A DNA stretch of 64,000 bases from contig CAZIPM010000006.1 of the NCBI GenBank assembly GCA_964541395.1, positions 7,169 through 71,168 on the forward strand, in the 5' to 3' direction. Positions 41,621 to 50,907 of this stretch are shown here, one piece after another (the first letter of the stretch is position 1; each line of letters begins with the position of its first letter). Position numbers and translations under genes: made by a program. The notes beneath the pieces were generated by a model. The model was not told where the DNA came from and ran no database searches. It worked only from the letters and a program-made list of their open reading frames with translations. The stretch comes from an uncultured Gammaproteobacteria bacterium (lineage in GTDB: Bacteria; Patescibacteriota; Microgenomatia; UBA8517).

Positions 41621-42286
41621 CTATACTGACATTAAAGTCAGTATATATTCGTACTCCTGAGGTAAATTTCCTTTTATTTTGTCTAAATCTAATTCTTCCA
41701 ATTCCAATAGTCTTTTCAAATCAAAAAAGTCACTTTTACTACTATGTCTATCTTTCGTTGTATCGACACCATTTCTTAATTCATAAAACTTTTGTAATTT
41801 ATGTTTGACCAGCTGTTGTAGATCTCTAACGCAAATTTCAATCGCCACACCTTGCGATTTAATCAGTTTCCTTTTAGAATACTCAACATTTACTTCATCG
41901 GGAGAATTTATGTAAATCTCCACCTTTCTTCTATTAAAGAACTCCTTATCTTCGGCGTCTTCCAAATATTCAACTTTGTTAGGATTTATTTTTTTTATTT
42001 CCCACAAAATTTTCTCTTGCCCTAATATTGAGTCAATTCTTGTAAAAAGATCATCCTTGGATACTTTACCCGTCAAAATAAAGTGAATATCAATATCACC
42101 ATGTGGTCTGGTGATGTCACCTCCACAAAGAGCTTCAGTTGCATATCCACCGAACACAACAAGAATATCCCCTGTTTCTAATCCTAATTTATTTAATGTT
42201 TTGATTGTTTCAATGTCCTTGTCACTTTTTTCAACAAATTCCAAAGTTAACTCAATACCTCTTGTATCATTTTGTAATATATCCAT
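41621..42286 (-). CDS. nucleotidyltransferase of the Lnu / ANT(2'')-like (Pol-beta superfamily) type
   Basis: 221 aa. FGGYATEALCGGDITRPHGDIDIHF fits the hGG(W/Y)..D.L.G..TR.H.DIDI.F signature of lincosamide/aminoglycoside nucleotidyltransferases. Confidence 0.55.
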   Translation of the reverse strand: MDILQNDTRGIELTLEFVEKSDKDIETIKTLNKLGLETGDILVVFGGYATEALCGGDITRPHGDIDIHFILTGKVSKDDLFTRIDSILGQEKILWEIKKINPNKVEYLEDAEDKEFFNRRKVEIYINSPDEVNVEYSKRKLIKSQGVAIEICVRDLQQLVKHKLQKFYELRNGVDTTKDRHSSKSDFFDLKRLLELEELDLDKIKGNLPQEYEYILTLMSV

Positions 42287-42539
42287 AGCATAATTATATC
42301 AAATTATTCCTTTTTATAATCAAACGTTTTTATTAAATTTCGAAAGTATTATTTTGAAGTAAAAATCAAAAGTTGGGACGGAGAAAATACTATTCCGACG
42401 TTAAGTTGAAACCCCATATTTAGCAGATTATAACAGATAAAAATAATGCTATTACATCACTATATAATTACGGTGTGGCTATAAACTTATCCTTTATTAT
42501 TTAAAAAGATCGAGAAATAAAAACTTATTAGAACCTGGA

Positions 42540-43793
42540 CTATTTAACAGCATTAGCAGCATTAACTCTTCCTTTAGACCAGTATGTTCCAGTTCCCGAA
42601 ATTTTGTCTGTAGTCGACTCAAGATGGGTTCTCACTGCTGAAGCTGAAATCCCGTAATTTGTTGACCAGATAAGACCGACTACTCCCGAAACAATTGGTG
42701 TTGACATTGATGTTCCTGAAGCATATTTATAACATCCTGTTGTGTCGCATTCCGGCTGCGGGTTGGCATTACTTGTTGTTCCTTTCCAAGTTGAATAAAC
42801 AAAAACTCCAGGGGCAGCTACATCCACCCATTTAGCACCATAGCTTGAAAAATAGGCCCTTTTATCCTGGTTATCCGTAGCAGCTACCGCAATAACGTTT
42901 GTATATGCGGCAGGATATGTTTTGGATGGATTGTTTGAGTTTCCGGCAGCAGCGACAACAACCACTCCATTTTTCCATGCGTAATTGACTGCCCTCTCAA
43001 GAGTTCTTGATGAAGATGAACCACCCAAACTCATATTGATTACTTTTGCACCGTTAATTGTAGCCCAAGTTATACCGTTGGCTATCCAAGAATAAGCGCC
43101 TGACCCGTTATCATTTAAAACCTTTCCATTGAGAAGTGTACAGTTAGGACAAACTCCAGCTACTCCTTTACCATTGTTAGTATTGGCAGCGACAATACCC
43201 GCAACATGGGATCCATGACCATAGACATCGTTAGTGCCAGATGTTAATGAACCGGTGAAGTCTTGACGTCCCACAACTTTTCCAGTTAAATCTTGATGGC
43301 TTTCATTTATCCCGGTATCAAGGATAGCCACTTTTACATTACCTAATTCTGTATCCCAAGCAGTTGAAGCATCGATATCTGCATCTTCCACTCCCACAAC
43401 ACCGTTAATAACTTGTTTCGTATTTTCGAATCCCCACTGTCTATTGAAATATGTATCATCTGGGGTAAAAAATGTCTCGGCAGTATAATCTAATTCCGCA
43501 TACTCCACATGAGGATTTCTGGATAGTGCAGTAGCTACTTTTTCTTCTGCTGCCTGAGGAACCTGCAAGACCAAAACCCCAAGAACATCAAGTTTATTAA
43601 CTACCTGCGCTCTATTATTTCTTAACAAACCATCCCTCTCTGTCTGAGAAACTCCATCCTTAAAACTTACAAGGATTCGGCCGGGAACATGATTGCTGTT
43701 ATCTTGGGCTTTTGCTTGAAAAGAAAAGAGATTAAAAAGACCAAAAGGAAAGATTATAAATGAGGTAACTAAGAGAATAGTTAATTTCTTCAT
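42540..43793 (-). CDS. secreted subtilisin-like serine protease (peptidase S8) with N-terminal propeptide
   Basis: 417 aa. Signal/TM, I9-like propeptide, and the catalytic Asp/His/Ser regions (AILDTGI; HGSHVAGIV; GTSMSTP). Confidence 0.85.
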   Translation of the reverse strand: MKKLTILLVTSFIIFPFGLFNLFSFQAKAQDNSNHVPGRILVSFKDGVSQTERDGLLRNNRAQVVNKLDVLGVLVLQVPQAAEEKVATALSRNPHVEYAELDYTAETFFTPDDTYFNRQWGFENTKQVINGVVGVEDADIDASTAWDTELGNVKVAILDTGINESHQDLTGKVVGRQDFTGSLTSGTNDVYGHGSHVAGIVAANTNNGKGVAGVCPNCTLLNGKVLNDNGSGAYSWIANGITWATINGAKVINMSLGGSSSSRTLERAVNYAWKNGVVVVAAAGNSNNPSKTYPAAYTNVIAVAATDNQDKRAYFSSYGAKWVDVAAPGVFVYSTWKGTTSNANPQPECDTTGCYKYASGTSMSTPIVSGVVGLIWSTNYGISASAVRTHLESTTDKISGTGTYWSKGRVNAANAVK

Positions 43794-43850
43794 ATTAACA
43801 GCTTAAATTTATTATACATGTACTTGTGTGATAAATGAAGCAGTTATTAC

Positions 43851-46800
43851 CTAAATTGCAGTTAAAGAGAAGTCGTCTACATAAATTGTGGCATTAAGAC
43901 TAGACACTACCATTTTAACCACCGCTTTAGTCGCGCCTGTCGGTGCTGTAATAGCTTTTGTTACTTCATTCCAAACCCCTGCCGTTGCTACGGTATATGA
44001 TTTAATAAGTACTGTGGACAAATTAGATCCGCTTGAATTCTGCCATGTTATTTTGATGCTAAAGGTAAAGGCATCAGATGTCGTGGGAATATTCACCCAT
44101 CCGCCAAAATTATAATTCCCTCCAGCACTTATACCGTTTATTATCTGGCTTATTGTCCAACCACTATTATCAGTAGCCAAATGTCTGCCACTGAAATTTT
44201 CGCTTCTCACAATTACGCCAGACTTGGTAAATTTAGCATTAGATGTCCAATTGTCTGGTCTTGAGTCTGTATTTGTATCCAACTCAAATCCCGGATTAAC
44301 AACCAAGTTTCCTGCTGGAGTTGGAGTCGCTGACGGAGTACTGGTTGGAATTGATGTGGGAGTAACAGTCGGCGTTGGTTGAGGAGTTCCTGTTCCCAAC
44401 AAAACTACTAATTCTGGTTTATTGGAACTTGCTTCACTTGACTGATAAAAAACGGCATCGGTACTTGTGCTTGTAATAATAAAGCTGTAAATTCCGTTTC
44501 CGGTGATGGCTGGAGTAACATCGAATTCAACCCAGTTATTAAGTGCTGCATTACCCACAGTTGCATAGGCTGGGCTAATTACTTCCGGTGTGTTATTCCA
44601 ATTAAGACCACTTTCAACCCAGGGAGTTGTTGTACCTAAATAATTATTTGAGGCCAAGAAAATAGTCCCACCAACAGAACTTGCATCAGAAACATTCAAT
44701 CGGATTTTTGCACTTTGTACCTGACTGGTAATTCCGTTGACGTCAAATTTAAGTAACGATTTCATAGAAATCGACCCGGCTTTAACTTTAAGTACCGTAT
44801 TAGTTCCAAAATTTGTAGTAGGTACATCACTTTTAACAAAAGAGTCGTGTGAAGGTTGCAAAGTAAGTGTTGATGGTGGTGTTGTTGGCGTAGCAGTTGG
44901 AGTAACTGAGGGCGTTGGTGAAGCAGTTGGAGTAGGTAAAATTACGGGATTGACTGTAATTGTATTTGATACTTTTTCATTTCCAGCAAAGTCGAGTGCT
45001 TTTGCATTAAGTGTGTGTGTTCCCCCAATGGCGTTGTATTCAAAAATATACGGAGGTAGTGCATCCGTACCCAGATACTGTCCGTCCAAAAAGAAATCTA
45101 CTCTATTGACTACTGAATTATCAGTGGCTGTTACCTTAATTGGTACATTTCCTGAATGGTTAGAATTATTTAGAGGATTGGTAATTAACACATCTGGGAC
45201 CAAAGTATCCAATTTTTCAAAGTGTACTCCATCAAAATGAATGATAAAACCGTAGTCCCAAGTATCATTGTGAAATTCAACTTGATCGATATCATTTAAG
45301 CTTATATTTCCTGTTTTTGTCCTTTTCCAGACACTGTCCCCGCTTAATGGAATTGTAAATCTCTGCCAACGGTCAAGGGCTAAATTCATTTTTTCCGTAT
45401 CTGCCTGGTATTTGAAATAATTACCGTTTGCATCTTTTAAAATTATCCAGGGTGATCGGTTTTGAAAATCGTTTGGACTTGCATTTTGTGCATAAGCCCA
45501 AAAAACCAAATTTTTACCATTAAGATTAAGGTTAGCATTTCCCGCCGCAGGATAAGCAAAGTAAGTATCAAAGCCTCCGTCGGTAACAAACCTAATGGAG
45601 CTTGCTCCTGTTTTAACCAATCCAGTGTAATTTTCCAAAGAACATAAAGCCCCTTCCGCCCAACAGCTCCAGGAGGAGGCGTTGTTTTCCGCTAAATCGA
45701 TATCTTTTATAAAACCTAATCCGTCAAAATAAATTGTAAATCCGGCTCCCCAAGTATCGTTATGGATTTCAATCTGGTCGATATCAGACATGCTGGGAGT
45801 ACCACTAGTCGTTCTGACCCAATCGGGACTACCAGTCAAAGGAATATTAAATTCCTTCCAATTATTTATGGCGGAATTCATTGAATCATTTGAAGACTCA
45901 TACCTGAAAAAGCTGCCGTTGTTGTTTTTTAAATAGATAACAATAGGTCCTTGAAATAGCGATTCATTACTATTAATCGCATATGCCGAAAAAGATAAAC
46001 TCGTAAAGCCGTTTAAATTCCAATTGGCGTTATTTGCGGTCGGATAGCGAACCCATGTGTCAAATGGACCATCTGTGTCAAACTTAACCGATGAAGCACC
46101 TTCTGCTACTTTCTGATTATCATCGGTTAGGGAGCACGTTCCCTCTTCAGCCCAACAAGACCAGGTTGAGGCATTATTTTCAGTTAAATCCTGCTCAATG
46201 AATGCTGTAGGATTATTAAATAAATAACCGGTTTTATAACTTTCAACATCTGCAATATACCTCCACCAGTTGGCTAAAGCCTTGTCCTTAATACCTGCCA
46301 TAAAAGGCATATGACTATACCAATAAATAAACCATTCATAACTGGAACAACCCCACTCCAAACAATTCTTTGTTTGTCTGTCCCCTGTCATATCAGGAAA
46401 ATTAAACCAATCCGCAGCATTTGTCGAAGCATAAACTTGACTATCGCGGATATAATCAATACCAAACGGGGCATTAAAAGGATCATGAGCTGTTCCTACT
46501 CCACCCAATCCAGGTTCCCATCTTTCTTGTGCAGTAAAGGCATCCCAATCATGCAGAACCTGACCTTCTCCGGGAAAGATATGCCAACCGTCATAATTTC
46601 TTCGAATAATCGATTCCGCCCGGTGACCGTAGGACTCTAAAGCTTCTGGCATGCCTCTCTCAAAGTTTAAACCCATAATAACAAAGGCTTTACTATTTAC
46701 ACCGTTAACAGGATTTCCATTTATCCAATAGGCGCCATTACCTGCCATAGCCGATTCCCAACATCCTTCGCCGGGACCAGCCCATTGCCAAACCTCATCT

Positions 46801-48014
46801 ACATTTCCATCGTTAACCTTTTGTTCTATACCGTTTCTGTTTATAAAATCGTTATAGTCAATACACCCCATCGTCCAATTTCCATTATTAGTTTCATTAA
46901 TATACTGTTCATCAGTATATCTTTGTCCGTTTTCATGCAGTAGCCATTCATCTCGCACAATGATCTCGACAATCTCATATTTTGCAATTCCATGAGATGA
47001 AACATTCAGATCATTAATCATTAAATTTGTTAATATTGAAGGGTCATTCCAACCACCACTACTATAGTAATTATGAAGTCTAACCCCACCGAAGTTCTCT
47101 AAAATAGGATCATTAATAACAACCATTAATTTAATTTTCATCTCTTCAGGATTATCAGGCCCTCCGAATACAGGGGGTTGTGTCGGGGTAGGAGTTGGAG
47201 CAACAGTGGGCGATGGTGTTGGAGTGACTGTGGGAGTTGGAGTTGGTGTCGGACCTCCTCCTGAAGGGTTTATGACCACGCCAGCAGCCACCCAATCGGT
47301 TTTATCAGATAATGTTTGATTTAATGTGTCAGATCCGCTATTTACAAAAGCTCTGTCATGAATATAAAGTCTCGTTCTTTTTTCAACAGTCCCGGCAATA
47401 TTATTAGCCCTTTCCGTATAATCGGGATCAGGTATGGTTATTGTTCTCATCCTGACACCGGATGCAGTATATAAAGTCGTGTTATTCTGTGCTGATGTCA
47501 AAGTCAGTTTTAAATTTGCATTAGTAGTTCCCCCACTACATGCGCCGTTAAGACCTACTGTATTTTCTCCAATAGCACCACTTACAGGATTAGCAGGATC
47601 AGCTCCGGAATAACGGCTAACTGATACTGTTGCTGCTTGAGTTGTAGAGGTAAAATTTACTGTAACAGTACCGGATGAAGGTGAACCAAATGCTTTCCAA
47701 ATTTCAATTCCGGTCGTATTCGCACTAGCACATTGTGCTTTTATTTCAGACCAGGTCAGACCTAGACCTGTTACGGAATTAACATTAACATTCAAATAAT
47801 TATTGACCGCCACCAAATAAAGTTGATTTGTTCCACCATTTACCGAAGGGGTGACAACGGATGCCGTATTTGTTGCTATAGAACTGACTGTCTGTTGATG
47901 AATCGGTGAGGTTGTAGCATAAATATTGTTATTCTGAAATGCGCTAAAAAATAATGCCCCTGCCAGAAGAATTGATAAAAAGAAGAGCACAAATAAATTC
48001 TTAAAAACTACCAC
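43851..48014 (-). CDS. giant modular secreted surface protein (1387 aa): Pro/Thr linkers, tandem CBM-like beta-sandwich repeats, Ig-like domain, C-terminal CBM_4_9-like domain
   Basis: N-terminal signal peptide. Two PTPTPT linkers. Two paralogous domains of about 190 aa (..NNAS(T/S)WSCWAE..FDT..HNDTW..FDG..). Big-like segment. C-terminal NPGFELD...W domain typical of CBM4/9/22. Same strand and immediately upstream of the S8 protease. Confidence 0.7.
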   Translation of the reverse strand: MVVFKNLFVLFFLSILLAGALFFSAFQNNNIYATTSPIHQQTVSSIATNTASVVTPSVNGGTNQLYLVAVNNYLNVNVNSVTGLGLTWSEIKAQCASANTTGIEIWKAFGSPSSGTVTVNFTSTTQAATVSVSRYSGADPANPVSGAIGENTVGLNGACSGGTTNANLKLTLTSAQNNTTLYTASGVRMRTITIPDPDYTERANNIAGTVEKRTRLYIHDRAFVNSGSDTLNQTLSDKTDWVAAGVVINPSGGGPTPTPTPTVTPTPSPTVAPTPTPTQPPVFGGPDNPEEMKIKLMVVINDPILENFGGVRLHNYYSSGGWNDPSILTNLMINDLNVSSHGIAKYEIVEIIVRDEWLLHENGQRYTDEQYINETNNGNWTMGCIDYNDFINRNGIEQKVNDGNVDEVWQWAGPGEGCWESAMAGNGAYWINGNPVNGVNSKAFVIMGLNFERGMPEALESYGHRAESIIRRNYDGWHIFPGEGQVLHDWDAFTAQERWEPGLGGVGTAHDPFNAPFGIDYIRDSQVYASTNAADWFNFPDMTGDRQTKNCLEWGCSSYEWFIYWYSHMPFMAGIKDKALANWWRYIADVESYKTGYLFNNPTAFIEQDLTENNASTWSCWAEEGTCSLTDDNQKVAEGASSVKFDTDGPFDTWVRYPTANNANWNLNGFTSLSFSAYAINSNESLFQGPIVIYLKNNNGSFFRYESSNDSMNSAINNWKEFNIPLTGSPDWVRTTSGTPSMSDIDQIEIHNDTWGAGFTIYFDGLGFIKDIDLAENNASSWSCWAEGALCSLENYTGLVKTGASSIRFVTDGGFDTYFAYPAAGNANLNLNGKNLVFWAYAQNASPNDFQNRSPWIILKDANGNYFKYQADTEKMNLALDRWQRFTIPLSGDSVWKRTKTGNISLNDIDQVEFHNDTWDYGFIIHFDGVHFEKLDTLVPDVLITNPLNNSNHSGNVPIKVTATDNSVVNRVDFFLDGQYLGTDALPPYIFEYNAIGGTHTLNAKALDFAGNEKVSNTITVNPVILPTPTASPTPSVTPTATPTTPPSTLTLQPSHDSFVKSDVPTTNFGTNTVLKVKAGSISMKSLLKFDVNGITSQVQSAKIRLNVSDASSVGGTIFLASNNYLGTTTPWVESGLNWNNTPEVISPAYATVGNAALNNWVEFDVTPAITGNGIYSFIITSTSTDAVFYQSSEASSNKPELVVLLGTGTPQPTPTVTPTSIPTSTPSATPTPAGNLVVNPGFELDTNTDSRPDNWTSNAKFTKSGVIVRSENFSGRHLATDNSGWTISQIINGISAGGNYNFGGWVNIPTTSDAFTFSIKITWQNSSGSNLSTVLIKSYTVATAGVWNEVTKAITAPTGATKAVVKMVVSSLNATIYVDDFSLTAI

Positions 48015-48056
48015 CTTAATACGTTTTAAATCTTAATTAATTAATTGTCAAGTAAT

Positions 48057-48091
48057 ATCGTACCCGCTTGTACTAGTATTGCGGGTACGAT
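48057..48091. terminator. perfect 11-bp inverted repeat hairpin (atcgtacccgc / gcgggtacgat, 13-nt loop)
   Basis: Lies between the giant-protein gene start and the upstream gene stop. Flanking sequence is A/T-rich but lacks a clean U-tract, so it could be a terminator or an operator. Confidence 0.35.
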
Positions 48092-48109
48092 TTAAATCGT
48101 AGAGTTAAC

Positions 48110-48565
48110 TTACATACCTCCTGGTCCCATACCTCTCGGTCCGTGACCTCCAAACCCTAAATATTCTCTAAGTTTGGTTTCATCTATGCCCTGTTCTGAA
48201 AACCACTTCTGCATTTCCTCCCTGTTTTGCATCCTCTCTGTCCGACGCTCTTCCATTTTGCTTAAAAGTGTATTCTTCTGATCTTCGGTTATTACTCCAT
48301 CTGATACAGCTTGATTTAGTCTGTTCTCTCTGTTCTTTCCCATTTCGGATCGTTTTTCGTCCATGACTGCATCAAATACCGCCTGGACATCGGATGTGTC
48401 AAGATTAAATTTTTCGGCAATTTTGCTTACCAAAACATCATGTGGTGTTGTGTCTTGTGCGTTTACAAAACTGCTCCCAAAATAACCTGCAGAGATTAAT
48501 ACCCCCAAGGTAAGCACTGTCATTAACATTTTTTTACCCCTATTTGGTACTATACTATTTTCCAT
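48110..48565 (-). CDS. periplasmic CpxP/Spy-like (LTxxQ-type) helical protein, hypothetical
   Basis: 151 aa. Signal/TM, charged helical repeats (ITEDQKNTLLSKMEERRTERMQNREEMQKW), Gly-rich tail. Immediately downstream of the two-component system. Confidence 0.35.
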   Translation of the reverse strand: MENSIVPNRGKKMLMTVLTLGVLISAGYFGSSFVNAQDTTPHDVLVSKIAEKFNLDTSDVQAVFDAVMDEKRSEMGKNRENRLNQAVSDGVITEDQKNTLLSKMEERRTERMQNREEMQKWFSEQGIDETKLREYLGFGGHGPRGMGPGGM

Positions 48566-48603
48566 TAATTATCACCCCCGATCATACAGATATTTTAAAT
48601 AAG

Positions 48604-49545
48604 TTAACTGAAGATAACCTTAAAAGTGGATCCAATTCCCGGTTTACTAAAAACTTTAATCGATGCATCATGCATTTGGGCAATCTGTTTGGCAATTGAA
48701 AGACCAAGTCCAAAACCGTCTTTATTTCTTGCCTTGTCACTTCTGAAAAATCTATCAAATATGTGTGAAAGATCCGATTCTAAAATACCTATTCCTCTAT
48801 CGGTAACCTCCAGTATTTTAGTTTTATTTATATTTGCAACCTTAACCTCTATACTTTTTTCATCTTTTGAATACTTAAAAGCATTGTCTAACAAGATTGA
48901 GGTTAGTTCAAACAATGAATTTTCGTTTCCAAAGACAATTGTTTTTTCTAAAACCAGTTTTACTTTTCTTTTTCCGACTGCTTTTTTTACAATCTGTGCC
49001 AAATCAACATCTTTAAATTCAATACTAAACGATCCTTCCTGATATCTGTTAAGCTTCAAAAGATAATTTGAAAGATTAGTCATTCTGTTGACTTCTTCCA
49101 AATTACTCCTAAGAAGTTTTTTAGTATCTACCAATGATAAACCAGAGTTCCTCAAGGCAACTTCTATTTCCGATTTTAATGAGGTTAATGGAGTGCGAAG
49201 TTCATGACTGGCGTTACTGACAAAATCTTTTTGATCATCCATCATTTCAGAAATTGGATTCAATGTTTTTCCTGCCAAGAAATATCCGGAGATACCAGAA
49301 GCTGCTAAAATAATTGCATTTAAAGACATTAAGGTTAAAAATACCCTGGACTTAGTTTCTGTGATTATTTCAGGGTCAATTAAAAAAGAGATTCCCGGAC
49401 GTCTTAATCTTTGCATTCTTTCAATACGGGTCAGCTCATAAGTTGCACCATGATAAATAATCAAACTGAAAAACATAGATATAGCCATAATAATAGCCAA
49501 ATAATAGATAGTTAATTTGGTACGAGCGTTAGTAAATAAATTCAT
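48604..49545 (-). CDS. sensor histidine kinase (HisKA + HATPase_c), two TM segments
   Basis: 313 aa. H-box NASHELRTPLTSL; N, G1 and G2 boxes (DRGIGI, GFGLGLSIAKQI). Confidence 0.85.
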   Translation of the reverse strand: MNLFTNARTKLTIYYLAIIMAISMFFSLIIYHGATYELTRIERMQRLRRPGISFLIDPEIITETKSRVFLTLMSLNAIILAASGISGYFLAGKTLNPISEMMDDQKDFVSNASHELRTPLTSLKSEIEVALRNSGLSLVDTKKLLRSNLEEVNRMTNLSNYLLKLNRYQEGSFSIEFKDVDLAQIVKKAVGKRKVKLVLEKTIVFGNENSLFELTSILLDNAFKYSKDEKSIEVKVANINKTKILEVTDRGIGILESDLSHIFDRFFRSDKARNKDGFGLGLSIAKQIAQMHDASIKVFSKPGIGSTFKVIFS

Positions 49546-50225
49546 ATTTTATTTTTCTTAACATTATGAGATGGGTTAAATTGATAGCCAAATCCCCTGA
49601 TTGTTCTGATAATATTTTTACCAATCTTTTTTCTTAAATAAGCAATAAAAACCTCAACAGTGTTTGGAAGAATTTCCGCTTCGTAATCCCAAACATGGGA
49701 AATAATGTTTTCTTTAGTAAAAATTTTTCCCCGATTTCTCATCAGGTATTCCAAAAGTGCAAATTCTTTCCTGGATAAGTTCAATACCTTGCCGTTCTTC
49801 TTTACTTCAAAACTGTTGCTGTCTAAAGTAAGGTCACCTTCTGTTAATAACTGTGATACTGTTTTTTTAGGTCTTCTGGAAAGAGCCTTTACTCTGGCTA
49901 AAAGTTCTTCAAATGCAAATGGTTTAACTAGGTAATCATCGGCTCCTCTATTAAGGCCGTCCACTTTATCAGCCAATTCTCCCCTAGCGGTCAAAATCAG
50001 GACAGGGGTGTGAATTCCGTTTTCCCTGAGTTTTCCACATATAGTAGAACCATCCATTTTGGGAAGCATTAGATCTAAAACTATTACGTCATAATCTTCG
50101 CTTGAGGCCAAATCAAAACCTTCCAGACCGTCATAGGCAACGTCCACGACCCATGCTTCAATTTCAAAACCCCGCTTTATGGAATTGGCAATTTTATGTT
50201 CATCTTCTACTACTAAAATCTTCAT
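49542..50225 (-). CDS. OmpR-family response regulator
   Basis: 227 aa. Receiver domain (KILVVEDE...DLMLP), winged-helix C-terminus (GYQF). Overlaps the kinase gene by 4 bp. Confidence 0.9.
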   Translation of the reverse strand: MKILVVEDEHKIANSIKRGFEIEAWVVDVAYDGLEGFDLASSEDYDVIVLDLMLPKMDGSTICGKLRENGIHTPVLILTARGELADKVDGLNRGADDYLVKPFAFEELLARVKALSRRPKKTVSQLLTEGDLTLDSNSFEVKKNGKVLNLSRKEFALLEYLMRNRGKIFTKENIISHVWDYEAEILPNTVEVFIAYLRKKIGKNIIRTIRGFGYQFNPSHNVKKNKI

Positions 50226-50339
50226 TCAGTTCATAATTATACCCCTGAAACTGAAAACAAACTTAAAAATGACTTAACATATCAGAAAACTTTAAAATAT
50301 ACTACATCCGGAAGAAAATTTAATATTTAAAAATTCAAA

Positions 50340-50591
50340 CTAAAGTTTACTTTTTAAAGTTTTTTTTACTTCCTTAACTTTTTCTTTCCCCTGTGAAGTT
50401 AACTCATCTACTTTATTTTGTAAGTCAGAATAAACTTTCTGTCCGTCTTTTTTGTATTCGTTAAATTTTTTTGATATTTTCTTGCGGGTCTTTTCATCAG
50501 ACAGTGCTACTGCAGTTGCTCCAACTGCTGCTCCAACAACAGCTCCTACTATACCAGCTGTTACTGAATTAACCCTTTTTTTATTTGTCAT
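50340..50591 (-). CDS. YtxH/DUF883-like small stress protein (Gly-zipper anchor + coiled coil)
   Basis: 83 aa; GIVGAVVGAAVGATAVAL then a Lys/Glu-rich helix. Confidence 0.4.
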   Translation of the reverse strand: MTNKKRVNSVTAGIVGAVVGAAVGATAVALSDEKTRKKISKKFNEYKKDGQKVYSDLQNKVDELTSQGKEKVKEVKKTLKSKL

Positions 50592-50850
50592 CTATTTTCA
50601 CCGCCCTTCTGGCTTCTGGTTCTTTTGACTTTTTACTTTTATTTAAAAAAACACTAGTTAAAGCCATTACACCACCTTTAATTAAGTTTTTTACATCATC
50701 TATATCTTTGGTTATATCGTCTATCTTCTCGAGTATTGATGTTAACCTCTTCAAAGTCTGAGATAAAGAGAATGCGGAATATGACACAAATCCTACCAAG
50801 ACCAGAAAACCTAGACCCACAGAATAAGAAAGAAAATCAAATGAAGACAT
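50581..50850 (-). CDS. small membrane protein (DUF948-like)
   Basis: 89 aa; N-terminal TM and a helical tail; overlaps the downstream ORF. Confidence 0.35.
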   Translation of the reverse strand: MSSFDFLSYSVGLGFLVLVGFVSYSAFSLSQTLKRLTSILEKIDDITKDIDDVKNLIKGGVMALTSVFLNKSKKSKEPEARRAVKIDDK

Positions 50851-50907
50851 GGTTCATCATATCATACTTCTCAGTAAGATATCTATCACCTATACTTATT
50901 AAACATT

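Noticed and set aside
44737-46640. Plus-strand track ORFs inside the 1387-aa minus-strand gene (43888..44115, 44737..45240, 45462..45647, 46311..46640)
   Set aside because: Antisense ORFs created by the repetitive PT-linker and domain-repeat sequence; the minus-strand gene has coherent domain structure.
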